Shown piece by piece: positions 39,808-49,054 of a DNA stretch of 64,000 nucleotides (position 1 is the first letter of the stretch; each line of letters starts with the position of its first letter). The stretch comes from an uncultured Spirochaetota bacterium (GTDB lineage: Bacteria; Spirochaetota; B62-G9; DRHN01), in contig CAZFTJ010000016.1 of assembly GCA_964521865.1 (NCBI GenBank), positions 20,302-84,301 of the forward strand. Direction: 5' to 3'. Under the pieces are notes generated by a model, which did no database searches, was not told the DNA's origin, and worked only from the letters and a program-made list of their open reading frames with translations. The position numbers were made by a program, and so were the translations under genes.

Positions 39808-41067
39808 TTATTCAAGAGACTCCCTCCCCTCAATTGCCTTGTTGAAAAATTCGGCAATATTTTTTATATTTGCACTTCTTGGATTGTATTCAGACATAGA
39901 GTACATCTCCTCAGCACGTCGTAATATATATTGAGCAAGTTTAGTAATGTCTTTTTTTGAAATACCGAAATCTTTTAAGCTTGTGGGTATGCCAATATCC
40001 TCTAGTAATTCGAATGTTTTTACTACAACCTTTTTCGAAGATTCTTTTGCATTCGATCCTGATATATCAGCACCCATTGCCTCAGCAATTTTTATTAATT
40101 TTTTTCTGGCATATTCATTCGAGAAATTATACCAAAATACGTATGGTAATAAAACACCGCAGGTTTCACCGTGTAACATACCATGCAGAGCTGAGATGCC
40201 TTCTGAGGCTACATGTCCAATCAAAGCCGGTCCTGCAATCCAAGGATAACTTATTACTATACCTCCTATTGTTGCTGCTAGGGACATATTCCATCGTGCT
40301 ATCATATCATTTCCCTGCTTACAGGCTCTTCTCAGGTTATTAGCTATCAGCTCTATTGCTTTCAAAGCCAAAGCATCAGATATTGGATTGGCCTGGAGGG
40401 AGAGAGCAGCTTCTGCGACATGACTCATTGCATCCATTCCACAGCATGCCGTTTGTTTTTTCGGTAAACCGGTTATTAGATTCGGATCGATTATTGCTGC
40501 ATCTGCCATGACTGAATCCCCCGCCATCCAGGTTTTTATTAATCCAATGCTTTCATCCTTTACAATAACAACGGCAAAATTTGAGCATTCACTGCCTGTT
40601 CCTGAAGTTGTCGGTACCATTATTTTTGGTTTTGATTTTCCCAAAGGCTTATCAGTAGGACAGAGATAGTCTTCTACTTCACCGGAAGTATTCGCCATTA
40701 CTGCTGCTATTTTTGTGATATCCATAACAGAACCACCGCCGATTCTAATGAAAAGGCCATAATTACCTTTTCTTGCTTTTTCGATAGTTTGATGTACTTC
40801 TGCAATATCTGGTTCATGTGGCGCCGTACTAACAATGTCAATGTTAAAACCTGTATTTTTCAGGGATTTTGTCGGTTGTTCGATCAATCCCAGCTTTTCA
40901 ATATTGTTGTCTGTAACCAGCATAATGTTCTTATTTTCCGCCAATTCATGTGCCAGATTATTCAATTTACTGATGATGTTAATACCCATAAAAATTTTTG
41001 GTACATTACTATACTCATCCATTCTATTCAGTATATTTTCACCCATCCTCCTATCTTGATCACACAT
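39808..41067 (-). CDS. Iron-containing alcohol dehydrogenase
   Basis: IGGGSVMD, PTTSGTGSE, GMDAMSH.AE, HG...HG metal-binding motif. Confidence 0.92.
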   Translation of the reverse strand: MCDQDRRMGENILNRMDEYSNVPKIFMGINIISKLNNLAHELAENKNIMLVTDNNIEKLGLIEQPTKSLKNTGFNIDIVSTAPHEPDIAEVHQTIEKARKGNYGLFIRIGGGSVMDITKIAAVMANTSGEVEDYLCPTDKPLGKSKPKIMVPTTSGTGSECSNFAVVIVKDESIGLIKTWMAGDSVMADAAIIDPNLITGLPKKQTACCGMDAMSHVAEAALSLQANPISDALALKAIELIANNLRRACKQGNDMIARWNMSLAATIGGIVISYPWIAGPALIGHVASEGISALHGMLHGETCGVLLPYVFWYNFSNEYARKKLIKIAEAMGADISGSNAKESSKKVVVKTFELLEDIGIPTSLKDFGISKKDITKLAQYILRRAEEMYSMSEYNPRSANIKNIAEFFNKAIEGRESLE

Positions 41068-41111
41068 TTATCCGCACTCCTTATCTAAATAATTTACCCA
41101 ACCCGAGTTGT

Positions 41112-42443
41112 TTACCATGAATGATGCAACATGTTCAATGTTTCTTCAAAGGCCTCAAGGATTTTATTGTAGTCATCATCCGTATGTTTAATTGAAAGAT
41201 GAATTGTCTCTGTCGCATCCCCTCCCACCATTATTACTCCCTTGTTCAGCATGGTGATGAAAAATTTATGCCATAATGAACGATCTGCTGTTGCCATCGT
41301 TCTGTAGTCCACTACCTTTCTGTCTGTAAACACCATTCCGCCTATGGCGCCCAGATGATTTACCTGAGCAGCCACTCCTGTTTTTTTAATAATATCCTTC
41401 ATAGCTTCAAACATATAATCTGCCTTTTTTATTAATGTTTTTGTTACTTCCGGGGTAAGAACAGCTCTTAGAGTGGTGAGGCAGGCGGTTATACCGACAG
41501 GATTGGCGTTGTAAGTGCCGTAATGTGCAACAGATCCTTCGAACTGTTTCATTATTTCTCGTTTTCCACCGAAGGCTGCTATTGAAAACCCCCCACCGAT
41601 GGCTTTTGAAAGTGTAATCAGGTCCGGCATAACATTGAAAAATTCAGAGGCACCACCGTATGAAACCCTGCATCCTGTTATTATTTCATCGAAAATAAGA
41701 ACAATATTTTCCCTTTCTGTAATCTCTCTTACTTGCTTTAAATACCCTTCCTTGGGAAGTATAACACTCGCCTTGCCCATTACGGGTTCCATGATAAAGG
41801 AGGCGATTTCACCCTCATGCTTGCGGACTGCATATTCAAGAGCCTCAATATCATTAAAAGGGACAACAACAATAGTTTTCCCCACGCATTCAGGGATTCC
41901 TTCAGATATTTTAACAGTACTTGGTAATCGAGCAGGCCCTCTTTCTTCCTTGCTTGAATGTATGCTCTAGAGAGCATAGTCCTGAGGGCCATGATACCCG
42001 CCTTCCAGTTTAATGATTTTATTCTTACCCGTATATCCCCTTGCCGCTCTGATCGCATGCATAGTCACTTCTATTCCGGAATTGCCAAACCGAACCATTT
42101 CCATAAAAGGAAATCTCTTCTGTAGCTCTTTAATAGCAAGAAATTGTTTTTCATAAGGCATTGCATAGGTGCTCCCTCTGCCAAGCTGTTCTTTTACCGC
42201 TTCCATTATCTGAGGGTGGGCATGACCAACGATCAAGGGGCCATATGCACACTGGCAATCAATATATTCATTACCATCGATGTCCCATCCTTTGGAGCCC
42301 TTACCCTCTTTTATAAAAAACGGATATGGAGAAAAGGCTCTCACATTACTCCCGACCCCCGATGGCATCACCTCTTTCATCTTTTCCCAGGCAATTTTCG
42401 ATTTTTGATGTTTTTGAATATATTCCTCTTCATAATCTTTCAT
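41112..42443 (-). CDS. Class III PLP aminotransferase (glutamate-1-semialdehyde aminomutase-like) interrupted by one in-frame TAG; pseudogene or read-through
   Basis: ORFs 41967-42455 and 41112-41885 are in the same frame: ...GYHGPQDYAL*SIHSSKEERGPARLP...GIPECVGKT. DEIITG and DLITLSKAIGGG are intact. Confidence 0.85.
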
Positions 42444-42483
42444 TTGTATTAACAACCTTCTTTATAGAGAGTTATTTTGTAAT

Positions 42484-42531
42484 AAAAATCCGAGAAGGGC
42501 AGCATGGCTATACTGACCCTTCCGGATTTTT
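42484..42531. terminator. Stem-loop between the sulfotransferase and aminotransferase genes
   Basis: AAAAATCCGAGAAGGGCAG...CTGACCCTTCCGGATTTTT with A/T tracts on both sides. Confidence 0.55.
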
Positions 42532-42594
42532 CAAAATATTCGTTACTCAGTCATAATGTTTGGTTATTTTATTTTTTATCTACCGATGGACACC

Positions 42595-43332
42595 TCACTT
42601 TCCTCCAATTCTATTTTCATGCATCAGCTTATAAAATGGGAGATGGTAGTTGTAGTACTCTCTGAGATGCGGTTTGTCATCAAGGGTGATCTCGAACTTC
42701 TCCATATTTTTCACAATCCCACTGCTCTTTGCCGCATCGGTGTGCCATTCTTTCCATGAATCCCATTCTGATTTATGACCCGGTTGCCATGTTAGCGATT
42801 CAGGTAAAAATTCGATGCTTAACGCCTCACAGTAGGCTTTGACGACCCTCTCAGGATCGTCCTCCAGATCATCAGCATCAATGACTGCAGGAGTCTTTCC
42901 CGTCAATTTCTTCACCTTATCAAAGATTTTCCACTGTAGCTCGAAACCGATTTCCACAGAAGTGACTTCGGGATTTACTGTGTAATGTGAAAGTATTGTT
43001 TTTTCTGGGTCGCGTATTAGAAAAGTATTTTCTATTGAATTAAGGAATGTATCATCATCTATTATATGATCAAAGCAGTGAAAGCACATATCCTTGAAGT
43101 ATACAAGAGCCTTCTCAGCTTCAGAGAGAATGTAATTTTTAATATCCGGGTAAGTCTGTGGATGATTCGGATCTTGGTGCCCATACGGGATTGGAGCACG
43201 TTTTTCATGGAAGTAAAAGAGATAGGAGAATGGTTCATGAAGAATTGTAAAATCTCCCCTCTCCATGAATATCCTTTCCATAGCGGTTGAAAGTGACCTA
43301 GGATGGACCCATAGTGCTATAGCCTTGTTCAT
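42595..43332 (-). CDS. Sulfotransferase-family protein (Sulfotransfer_5-like)
   Basis: WVHPRSLSTA P-loop-like motif, LHEPF, FKDM, FLIRDP, VIDADDL..DP, W...W..WH...SSG. Confidence 0.8.
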   Translation of the reverse strand: MNKAIALWVHPRSLSTAMERIFMERGDFTILHEPFSYLFYFHEKRAPIPYGHQDPNHPQTYPDIKNYILSEAEKALVYFKDMCFHCFDHIIDDDTFLNSIENTFLIRDPEKTILSHYTVNPEVTSVEIGFELQWKIFDKVKKLTGKTPAVIDADDLEDDPERVVKAYCEALSIEFLPESLTWQPGHKSEWDSWKEWHTDAAKSSGIVKNMEKFEITLDDKPHLREYYNYHLPFYKLMHENRIGGK

Positions 43333-43414
43333 AATTGATTCTCCTTAAATATGTAGTGTTATTTTAGGATATTCTATCTAAACATCTGGTTAGTAAGGCA
43401 TGTTTTTACGGTGC

Positions 43415-43588
43415 TTATGGAGGATCAGATTCTATCCAGTTGATTGTTAAATGGGAGTATTGTTTAAAAAACCATAACGGAACATATCTTATTTTTACGA
43501 AAAGAAGTAGTCTATTGAATTCGCAACTTAAAGTTTTATCAGTTAACGGGAGAAAAAATCTGCGTTTACTTTTTTCCCTTATCATCAT
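43415..43588 (-). CDS. Small ORF, putative leader peptide B (up to 57 aa, ends LWFFKQYSHLTINWIESDPP*)
   Basis: Intergenic, same strand as the operon, ATG after AAGGAAG, homologous to 47924-48013. Start uncertain. Confidence 0.65.
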   Translation of the reverse strand: MMIREKSKRRFFLPLTDKTLSCEFNRLLLFVKIRYVPLWFFKQYSHLTINWIESDPP

Positions 43589-43629
43589 CCAACTTCCTTC
43601 ATTACTGTGTAGTCTTAATATGTACAATA

Positions 43630-44505
43630 CTAACCAGCCCTCTTTCGACTCATAATAACCAGACCGACAAGAGCCAGAAGTGAAGTACCCCCCATGAGTG
43701 CAACACTTATAGCATTAATCTGCGGGGTTATCTGAAAACGAAGCTTGGAAAAAAGATATATAGGTATAGTCGGTGTATGACCTATGAGAAATAGAGTTAT
43801 TGGAAAATTCTCAAAAGAGAGGAGAAACGATATAACAGCCGCACCTAAGAGTGATGGAATTAAATATGGTATCGTCACCTGGAAAACAGCCCCCCAGCGG
43901 CTTGAACCGAGATCCATTGCTGCCTCTTCCAATTCTATGGGAAATTTCCTTAAGCGTGCACTGATAATAAGTGTTCCCATGGTACCGATAAAACTGAACT
44001 GTCCCAGAACCACAGGTAAAAACCCTGGTTGCAGCATCTTAACGATTGGCATTGCAAGCCCCGGCCCTAACAACGACCTGAAAAGACCGATCAACCCGTG
44101 AAAAAAAACCAGTATTGCGATGCCGGTAATAATACCAGGAATAACGAGTGGTGCGATTATAGCAAAGTGAAACAAACGTTTTCCAAGGAATTTTTCACGT
44201 ACAAAGAGAAATGAGCTCAGTGTACCAGCAGTCACACTCAAAATACTTACCAACAGAGCTACCCTTAGACTCATACCCAAAGCCGTGATCATTACTGTGT
44301 CATTAAGAACTCCGGTTCTTTTATCGTTTAAACTATAAAACCAGTCCAGGGTAAATCCACGCCATGGAAGAGAGGGAGATTCTGAATCGTTGAAGGCAAG
44401 AATTCCGTTTATTATCAATGGAACGAAAAGGAACAGTAAGAATGCCGATATGTAGACAATATATATAATTTTTAATGTGGAAGAACTCCCAGGTTTTTTC
44501 CTCAT
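43630..44505 (-). CDS. Polyamine-type ABC transporter permease (PotC-like)
   Basis: FTLDWF, LEEAAMDLG EAA loop, TPQINAIS. Confidence 0.9.
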   Translation of the reverse strand: MRKKPGSSSTLKIIYIVYISAFLLFLFVPLIINGILAFNDSESPSLPWRGFTLDWFYSLNDKRTGVLNDTVMITALGMSLRVALLVSILSVTAGTLSSFLFVREKFLGKRLFHFAIIAPLVIPGIITGIAILVFFHGLIGLFRSLLGPGLAMPIVKMLQPGFLPVVLGQFSFIGTMGTLIISARLRKFPIELEEAAMDLGSSRWGAVFQVTIPYLIPSLLGAAVISFLLSFENFPITLFLIGHTPTIPIYLFSKLRFQITPQINAISVALMGGTSLLALVGLVIMSRKRAG

Positions 44506-45419
44506 TTAATGATCTCCGTAAGTTTCTGGTTGGTGAGTTTTAACCCGAGGAATACAATGATACAGCTTAAAAGAAGAAGTAGGAAACCAAAGGCCGCCCC
44601 CTGGTTCCAGTTCCATACAACATTGAATTGGTCGTATATAATTTCAGTAAAATAGAGGCTGTTTTTCCCTCCTAGAATAGTAACTGTAAGATAATTACCA
44701 AGGGTCATCATAAATACAATGATACAGCCGGAAGTTATACCGGGAATACTGTGTGGCCAGATCACCTCCCAAAGTATTGTCCAGCGGTTTGCCCCGAGGT
44801 CTTGTGCCGCCTCGATCAAGGAATCATCAAAACCTTCAAGAACGCCATAGATTGGCATTAGCATGAATAACATAGAAGCGTATACAAGGCCTACGAAGAT
44901 TGCGTAATCGTTATAGAGCATTTCAATAGGTTGTTTTAAAATACCAATCTTAATAAATATCCAGTTTAACACACCACTCTCACGCAACATTATCATCCAG
45001 CTGTACGTCCTGACAAGTTCGCTTATCCAGAAGGGAAGGATTATCATAAGCAATAAAGCAAGCTTGCTACGACCTTTTGCAACTTTTGCAAGAAAAAATG
45101 CTGTTGGAAAACAGATGCACAGCGCCATGATGGTTGTTCCAATTGAATACATGGTGGTTCTCAAAAAAACGTGCCAGTATAAAGATTCAGAAAAAAATTT
45201 TATATAATTTCCGAAATAAATTCCCTCTTCAGGATGCCGATTTTTTAAGAATGAAATGATAAAAAGCTGTAGCTGTGGAATTGCAATAAGGAAAAGAACC
45301 CAAAAAATAAGCGGAATAAAGCAAACGATTTTAAACCAGTTTATCTTTTGGAAGGAAATAGTAACTTTTTTTACTACTATGAATATAATATTATGCGATT
45401 GTATATCCTCTTTTACCAT
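44502..45419 (-). CDS. Polyamine-type ABC transporter permease (PotB-like)
   Basis: LPFWISELVRTYSW, LIEAAQDLGA, WNQGAA. Confidence 0.9.
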   Translation of the reverse strand: MVKEDIQSHNIIFIVVKKVTISFQKINWFKIVCFIPLIFWVLFLIAIPQLQLFIISFLKNRHPEEGIYFGNYIKFFSESLYWHVFLRTTMYSIGTTIMALCICFPTAFFLAKVAKGRSKLALLLMIILPFWISELVRTYSWMIMLRESGVLNWIFIKIGILKQPIEMLYNDYAIFVGLVYASMLFMLMPIYGVLEGFDDSLIEAAQDLGANRWTILWEVIWPHSIPGITSGCIIVFMMTLGNYLTVTILGGKNSLYFTEIIYDQFNVVWNWNQGAAFGFLLLLLSCIIVFLGLKLTNQKLTEIIK

Positions 45420-46561
45420 TATTCTCCCTCTCCGCCTACACTCATATCAATATCTTTTAATTGTTTTGTGGAGAAACAAAGGGTGTCGCTAATTTTCCAA
45501 GAAATATTTACTCTATCATGTGGTGATAACAAGGAGATGTGTGAAGCTTGTTGCACAAATATTTTTATTAGTAAATTTTCAGTTACTTCAACTATATATG
45601 TTGTTTTTGAGCCTTCAAAGATTGCATTTTTTACTAAACCATTATAGGACTGATAATCCTTTGTAAGACTATTCTCAGGAGGATTTATCCGAATATTCTC
45701 AGGACGTATAAAAACGAGAGCATCGTTACTATTGAATAGATCTGGCTGGGGTATTCCTTTTACCTTAATTGAACCCACTTGTACAGTAACGATATTAGCA
45801 GCCTTTGAAAGAATCTTTCCTAGCAAACGGTTAGAATCTCCAACAAAAGCAGCAACAAAAGAAGTCGCCGGTTTATTAAAAAGATCATAAGGGCTTCCAA
45901 TTTGTTCAAGCTTTCCGCTCAGCATGACTGCAATATTGTCGCTCATTGTCATGGCTTCACCCTGATCATGGGTTATATAGATAAAAGTAGTTCCCACCCG
46001 TTCTTGTAGGTTCTTCAACTCTATTTTCATATGTTCGCGAAGTTTGAGGTCAAGTGCTCCAAGAGGTTCATCAAGGAGCAATACTGTGGGGTCTAAAACC
46101 AGACAACGGGCAATGGCAACCCTCTGCATTTGCCCACCGGAAAGTTGATGAATTGCTTTGTTTCCAAAACCAGAAAGCCCCACCTTGTTAAGTATTTGTA
46201 ATACACGTTTATTTATTTCATTTTTTGTAACTTTTCTCCTTTTCAAACCAAAGGCGATGTTTTCATAAACGGATTTTAAGGGGAAAAGTGCAAGGTGCTG
46301 AAATACGAGATTCGTCCGCCTCCTATTTGGAGGAATATTATTTACTTTTTCTCCGCCTATATACACATCTCCTTCATCAGGGGTCTCAAACCCTGAAATC
46401 ATCCTTAAGAGTGTGGTTTTACCACATCCACTTGGACCGAGAATTGAGAAGAAATTACCTTTTGATACAGAAAAGGAGACATTTTGAACTGCTGTGAATG
46501 TTCCGAATTTTTTGGTTAAGTTATGTACTGAAATGTCTATTTTATCATTGCGGTTATCCAT
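45419..46561 (-). CDS. Polyamine-type ABC transporter ATPase (PotA-like)
   Basis: GPSGCGKTT, LSGGQMQRVAIAR, LLLDEP, YITHDQ, TOBE-like tail. Confidence 0.93.
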   Translation of the reverse strand: MDNRNDKIDISVHNLTKKFGTFTAVQNVSFSVSKGNFFSILGPSGCGKTTLLRMISGFETPDEGDVYIGGEKVNNIPPNRRRTNLVFQHLALFPLKSVYENIAFGLKRRKVTKNEINKRVLQILNKVGLSGFGNKAIHQLSGGQMQRVAIARCLVLDPTVLLLDEPLGALDLKLREHMKIELKNLQERVGTTFIYITHDQGEAMTMSDNIAVMLSGKLEQIGSPYDLFNKPATSFVAAFVGDSNRLLGKILSKAANIVTVQVGSIKVKGIPQPDLFNSNDALVFIRPENIRINPPENSLTKDYQSYNGLVKNAIFEGSKTTYIVEVTENLLIKIFVQQASHISLLSPHDRVNISWKISDTLCFSTKQLKDIDMSVGGEGE

Positions 46562-46605
46562 GGGACTTCCTCTTGTTATGCATGAATACGAACTAATTAA
46601 TGATT

Positions 46606-46627
46606 AGGGGAGACATATGCCTCCCCT
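46606..46627 (-). terminator. Hairpin between the binding-protein and ATPase genes
   Basis: AGGGGAG-N8-CTCCCCT. Confidence 0.4.
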
Positions 46628-46640
46628 TTATAAAAGTTAT

Positions 46641-47777
46641 TTATTTAGCAACTTTCAATTTTTCTTCCATTTCAGAGTTTATTTCGTTTATGTAACTAAC
46701 AAGTGGGGCATACCAGTTGATATTATCGACTGCTTCTGGTGGATAAGCATCGTTAATTACTTTCTGACGGTCTTCAGGTAAAAGGTTTACTGCTCCTTTT
46801 ACCGCAGACATATACCCGGTTTTATCCATGATCTGTGCACCTTTTTCCTCTGTTAACATCCAGTTGATCCATGTATATGCTGCATCGAGATTTTTTGCTC
46901 CTGCTGATATTGTGTACGTGTCAATCCAGCCGAGAGCCCCTTCTTTCGGACAAAAAAATCTAATGTGTGGGTTGGTTTTATTTAGAAGAAATCCCGTTCC
47001 ATCCCAACCCTGGGAAATCCAGCACTCTTCTGTTGTCATTAAATCAAGCTGTTCCTGTCTTGTTGTCCAATATGTTTTAATGCATGGTTTCCTTGAGATT
47101 AGAAAATCGAGGATCTTTTCCATCATTTTTCGATATGATGATTCATTGCCGTAATTACCGAAAAAATCAATACCCATTCCGTATGCTGCACCAGCAAATG
47201 TAAACCATGTATACCTGGTTGTTACTTTTCCACAGTACTTTTCATCGTATAGATCCATAAATGAATATGAATCTTTTTTTATACGATCAGTATTAACAAT
47301 CAGGCCGACAGTTCCCCAGGTGTAGGGGATAGAGTATTGTTTTCCATCAATGGTGGTGGCCTCTTTTGTCCCCCTGGCTAATGAAGGAATAATATTGTTT
47401 ATAACTTTAATTTTTGAAAAATCAATTGGCTGATAAATACCGAAAGCCTTCTGAGCATCAGCAACCTGGTTGAAGGTAGGCTGGACAAGATCATATCCTT
47501 CTCCTTTTGTAGCTCTCATTTTGCTTATGCACTCGCCATTTTCAGCAAAATAAGTTACATGGACATTAATACCGGTTTCATTTTCAAAATCAGCTTTCAT
47601 TTTCTCCGGTACATATCCCTCCCATGTAAGGATTGAGAGCTCTTTCGCTTTTTCTTTTTCACCACCTGCAAACCCATAAAAAGCGCTCCCGAAAAGAACT
47701 AATAAAACGATAAAAAAAAGAATACTCTGCCAAATCCATTTCCTGTGTTTCATCTGTAAAAAATTTGTTTTGTTCAT
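46641..47777 (-). CDS. Polyamine-type ABC transporter substrate-binding protein (PotD-like)
   Basis: Signal/TM segment, TWEGY, PYTWGTVG, PKEGALGWID, AYTWINW. Confidence 0.9.
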   Translation of the reverse strand: MNKTNFLQMKHRKWIWQSILFFIVLLVLFGSAFYGFAGGEKEKAKELSILTWEGYVPEKMKADFENETGINVHVTYFAENGECISKMRATKGEGYDLVQPTFNQVADAQKAFGIYQPIDFSKIKVINNIIPSLARGTKEATTIDGKQYSIPYTWGTVGLIVNTDRIKKDSYSFMDLYDEKYCGKVTTRYTWFTFAGAAYGMGIDFFGNYGNESSYRKMMEKILDFLISRKPCIKTYWTTRQEQLDLMTTEECWISQGWDGTGFLLNKTNPHIRFFCPKEGALGWIDTYTISAGAKNLDAAYTWINWMLTEEKGAQIMDKTGYMSAVKGAVNLLPEDRQKVINDAYPPEAVDNINWYAPLVSYINEINSEMEEKLKVAK

Positions 47778-47804
47778 TGCTTTCTCCTTATAAATAATTT
47801 TTAG

Positions 47805-47837
47805 CGTTAATACTATTTTATAAAAATAGTATTAACG
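47805..47837. repeat. Perfect 15-bp inverted repeat just upstream of the binding-protein RBS
   Basis: CGTTAATACTATTTT-ATA-AAAATAGTATTAACG. Confidence 0.85.
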
Positions 47838-47923
47838 ATTTTTCATATAATTTTTATCTGGTAGTAGGACCTGATTAGTACTTTTTTGTAGTTACATAAA
47901 TTAAGCAGGAATGTAAAATGGAG

Positions 47924-48013
47924 TTACTTCTTCCACGGTGGATCTGATTCAATCCAATCAATAGTAAGGAAGTCATAGTGTTGGAGAGACCATAGTAGGC
48001 GGGACTTTATCAT
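47924..48013 (-). CDS. Small ORF, putative leader peptide A (29 aa, MIKSRLLWSLQHYDFLTIDWIESDPPWKK)
   Basis: RBS AAGGGAG 8 nt before ATG; lies between the promoter and the potD-like gene; homologous to 43415-43588. Confidence 0.75.
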   Translation of the reverse strand: MIKSRLLWSLQHYDFLTIDWIESDPPWKK

Positions 48014-48062
48014 TGTTACATCTCCCTTTCTTTGTCATTTATCAGGAGATGAAAAACATTGT

Positions 48063-48102
48063 GTTGTAGTACAACTGTACACCATTACGAAAATTTGTCA
48101 AT
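48063..48102 (-). promoter_or_regulatory. sigma70-type promoter with a palindromic operator near +1
   Basis: Minus strand TTGACA-N16-TACAGT overlapping the palindrome GTTGTA-C-TACAAC (48063-48075). Confidence 0.6.
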
Positions 48103-48322
48103 AAAAAAATATAATATTTTTTCTTTTTTCAACTTGTTGTACGTAGAAAAATGTGAATAAGTACCATATTTTAAGTCTTAATTGATAATAGATAGTGCCT
48201 ACAGGACCTAAAACTATAATTGTTTATATATTTAGAAAAACACATTTAATATATTGAAAATATTATGAATGCTTTATATATTATAGACTTTGAACTCCTT
48301 AGGATGCACTGTCTACTGACAT

Positions 48323-49054
48323 TTAATAATTAACCAATAAAAATACACCTGTAGCAAGTAATATACTACTGATAGCAGCTCTAAATCCTTTTTCGTTAAT
48401 TCTGAAATGTACTGATTTTCCAATGAATGCTCCAAAAAAAGAAGCAGGAAGCATAAAAAGGCTTATTTTTATAATATCAATATTTATTAATTTTAAATAT
48501 ATATAGGGTATAATCCTGACCGTATCGACTATAAGGAAATATGATAACATTGTTGCTCGTAAAATATGTTTTGCAGTAAGCTGGTTTTCAAGATAAATAG
48601 CAATTGGTGGACCCGCGGTACCAAAGAGACCACCTAAAACTCCGCCCAGTACACCAGATAGATAACCAAAAAACGCAGGCCACTTTTTTCTTGTAGTTTG
48701 TCCTTTTAACAAATTAAGAATTATTCTCAAAGCAAATAGTATGGTGAATCCACCGAAAACTCGTTTTAAAACATCACTATTGAAGTTGACAAGGATGAAA
48801 GATCCAACAGCTACTCCAATGATGCTTATCGGAAGAACAATTAAAAGGGATCGTTTGTCGATATTTTTTCTTGCTTGAATAGTAACAACGATTCCCCCAG
48901 CAATTTCAGTTATCGCAGTGATTACGACAACAGTTTTAATCTCAAATATCAATAGTAATAAGGGAGTCATAACAAGAGCAGAGCCAAATCCTGTAAGTCC
49001 ACGTATAAAAAGGCCTATAAAACCAATGATTGAAGCAAATATGATTTGAAGCAT
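48323..49054 (-). CDS. Sulfite exporter TauE/SafE (TSUP) family protein
   Basis: RGLTGFGSAL, GGLFGTAGPP, multi-pass membrane protein. Confidence 0.88.
   Translation of the reverse strand: MLQIIFASIIGFIGLFIRGLTGFGSALVMTPLLLLIFEIKTVVVITAITEIAGGIVVTIQARKNIDKRSLLIVLPISIIGVAVGSFILVNFNSDVLKRVFGGFTILFALRIILNLLKGQTTRKKWPAFFGYLSGVLGGVLGGLFGTAGPPIAIYLENQLTAKHILRATMLSYFLIVDTVRIIPYIYLKLINIDIIKISLFMLPASFFGAFIGKSVHFRINEKGFRAAISSILLATGVFLLVNY

Noticed and set aside
41112-42455. Two separate genes, a frameshift, or selenocysteine
   Set aside because: The 81-nt gap keeps the frame, the halves form one enzyme, and the stop is TAG rather than TGA.
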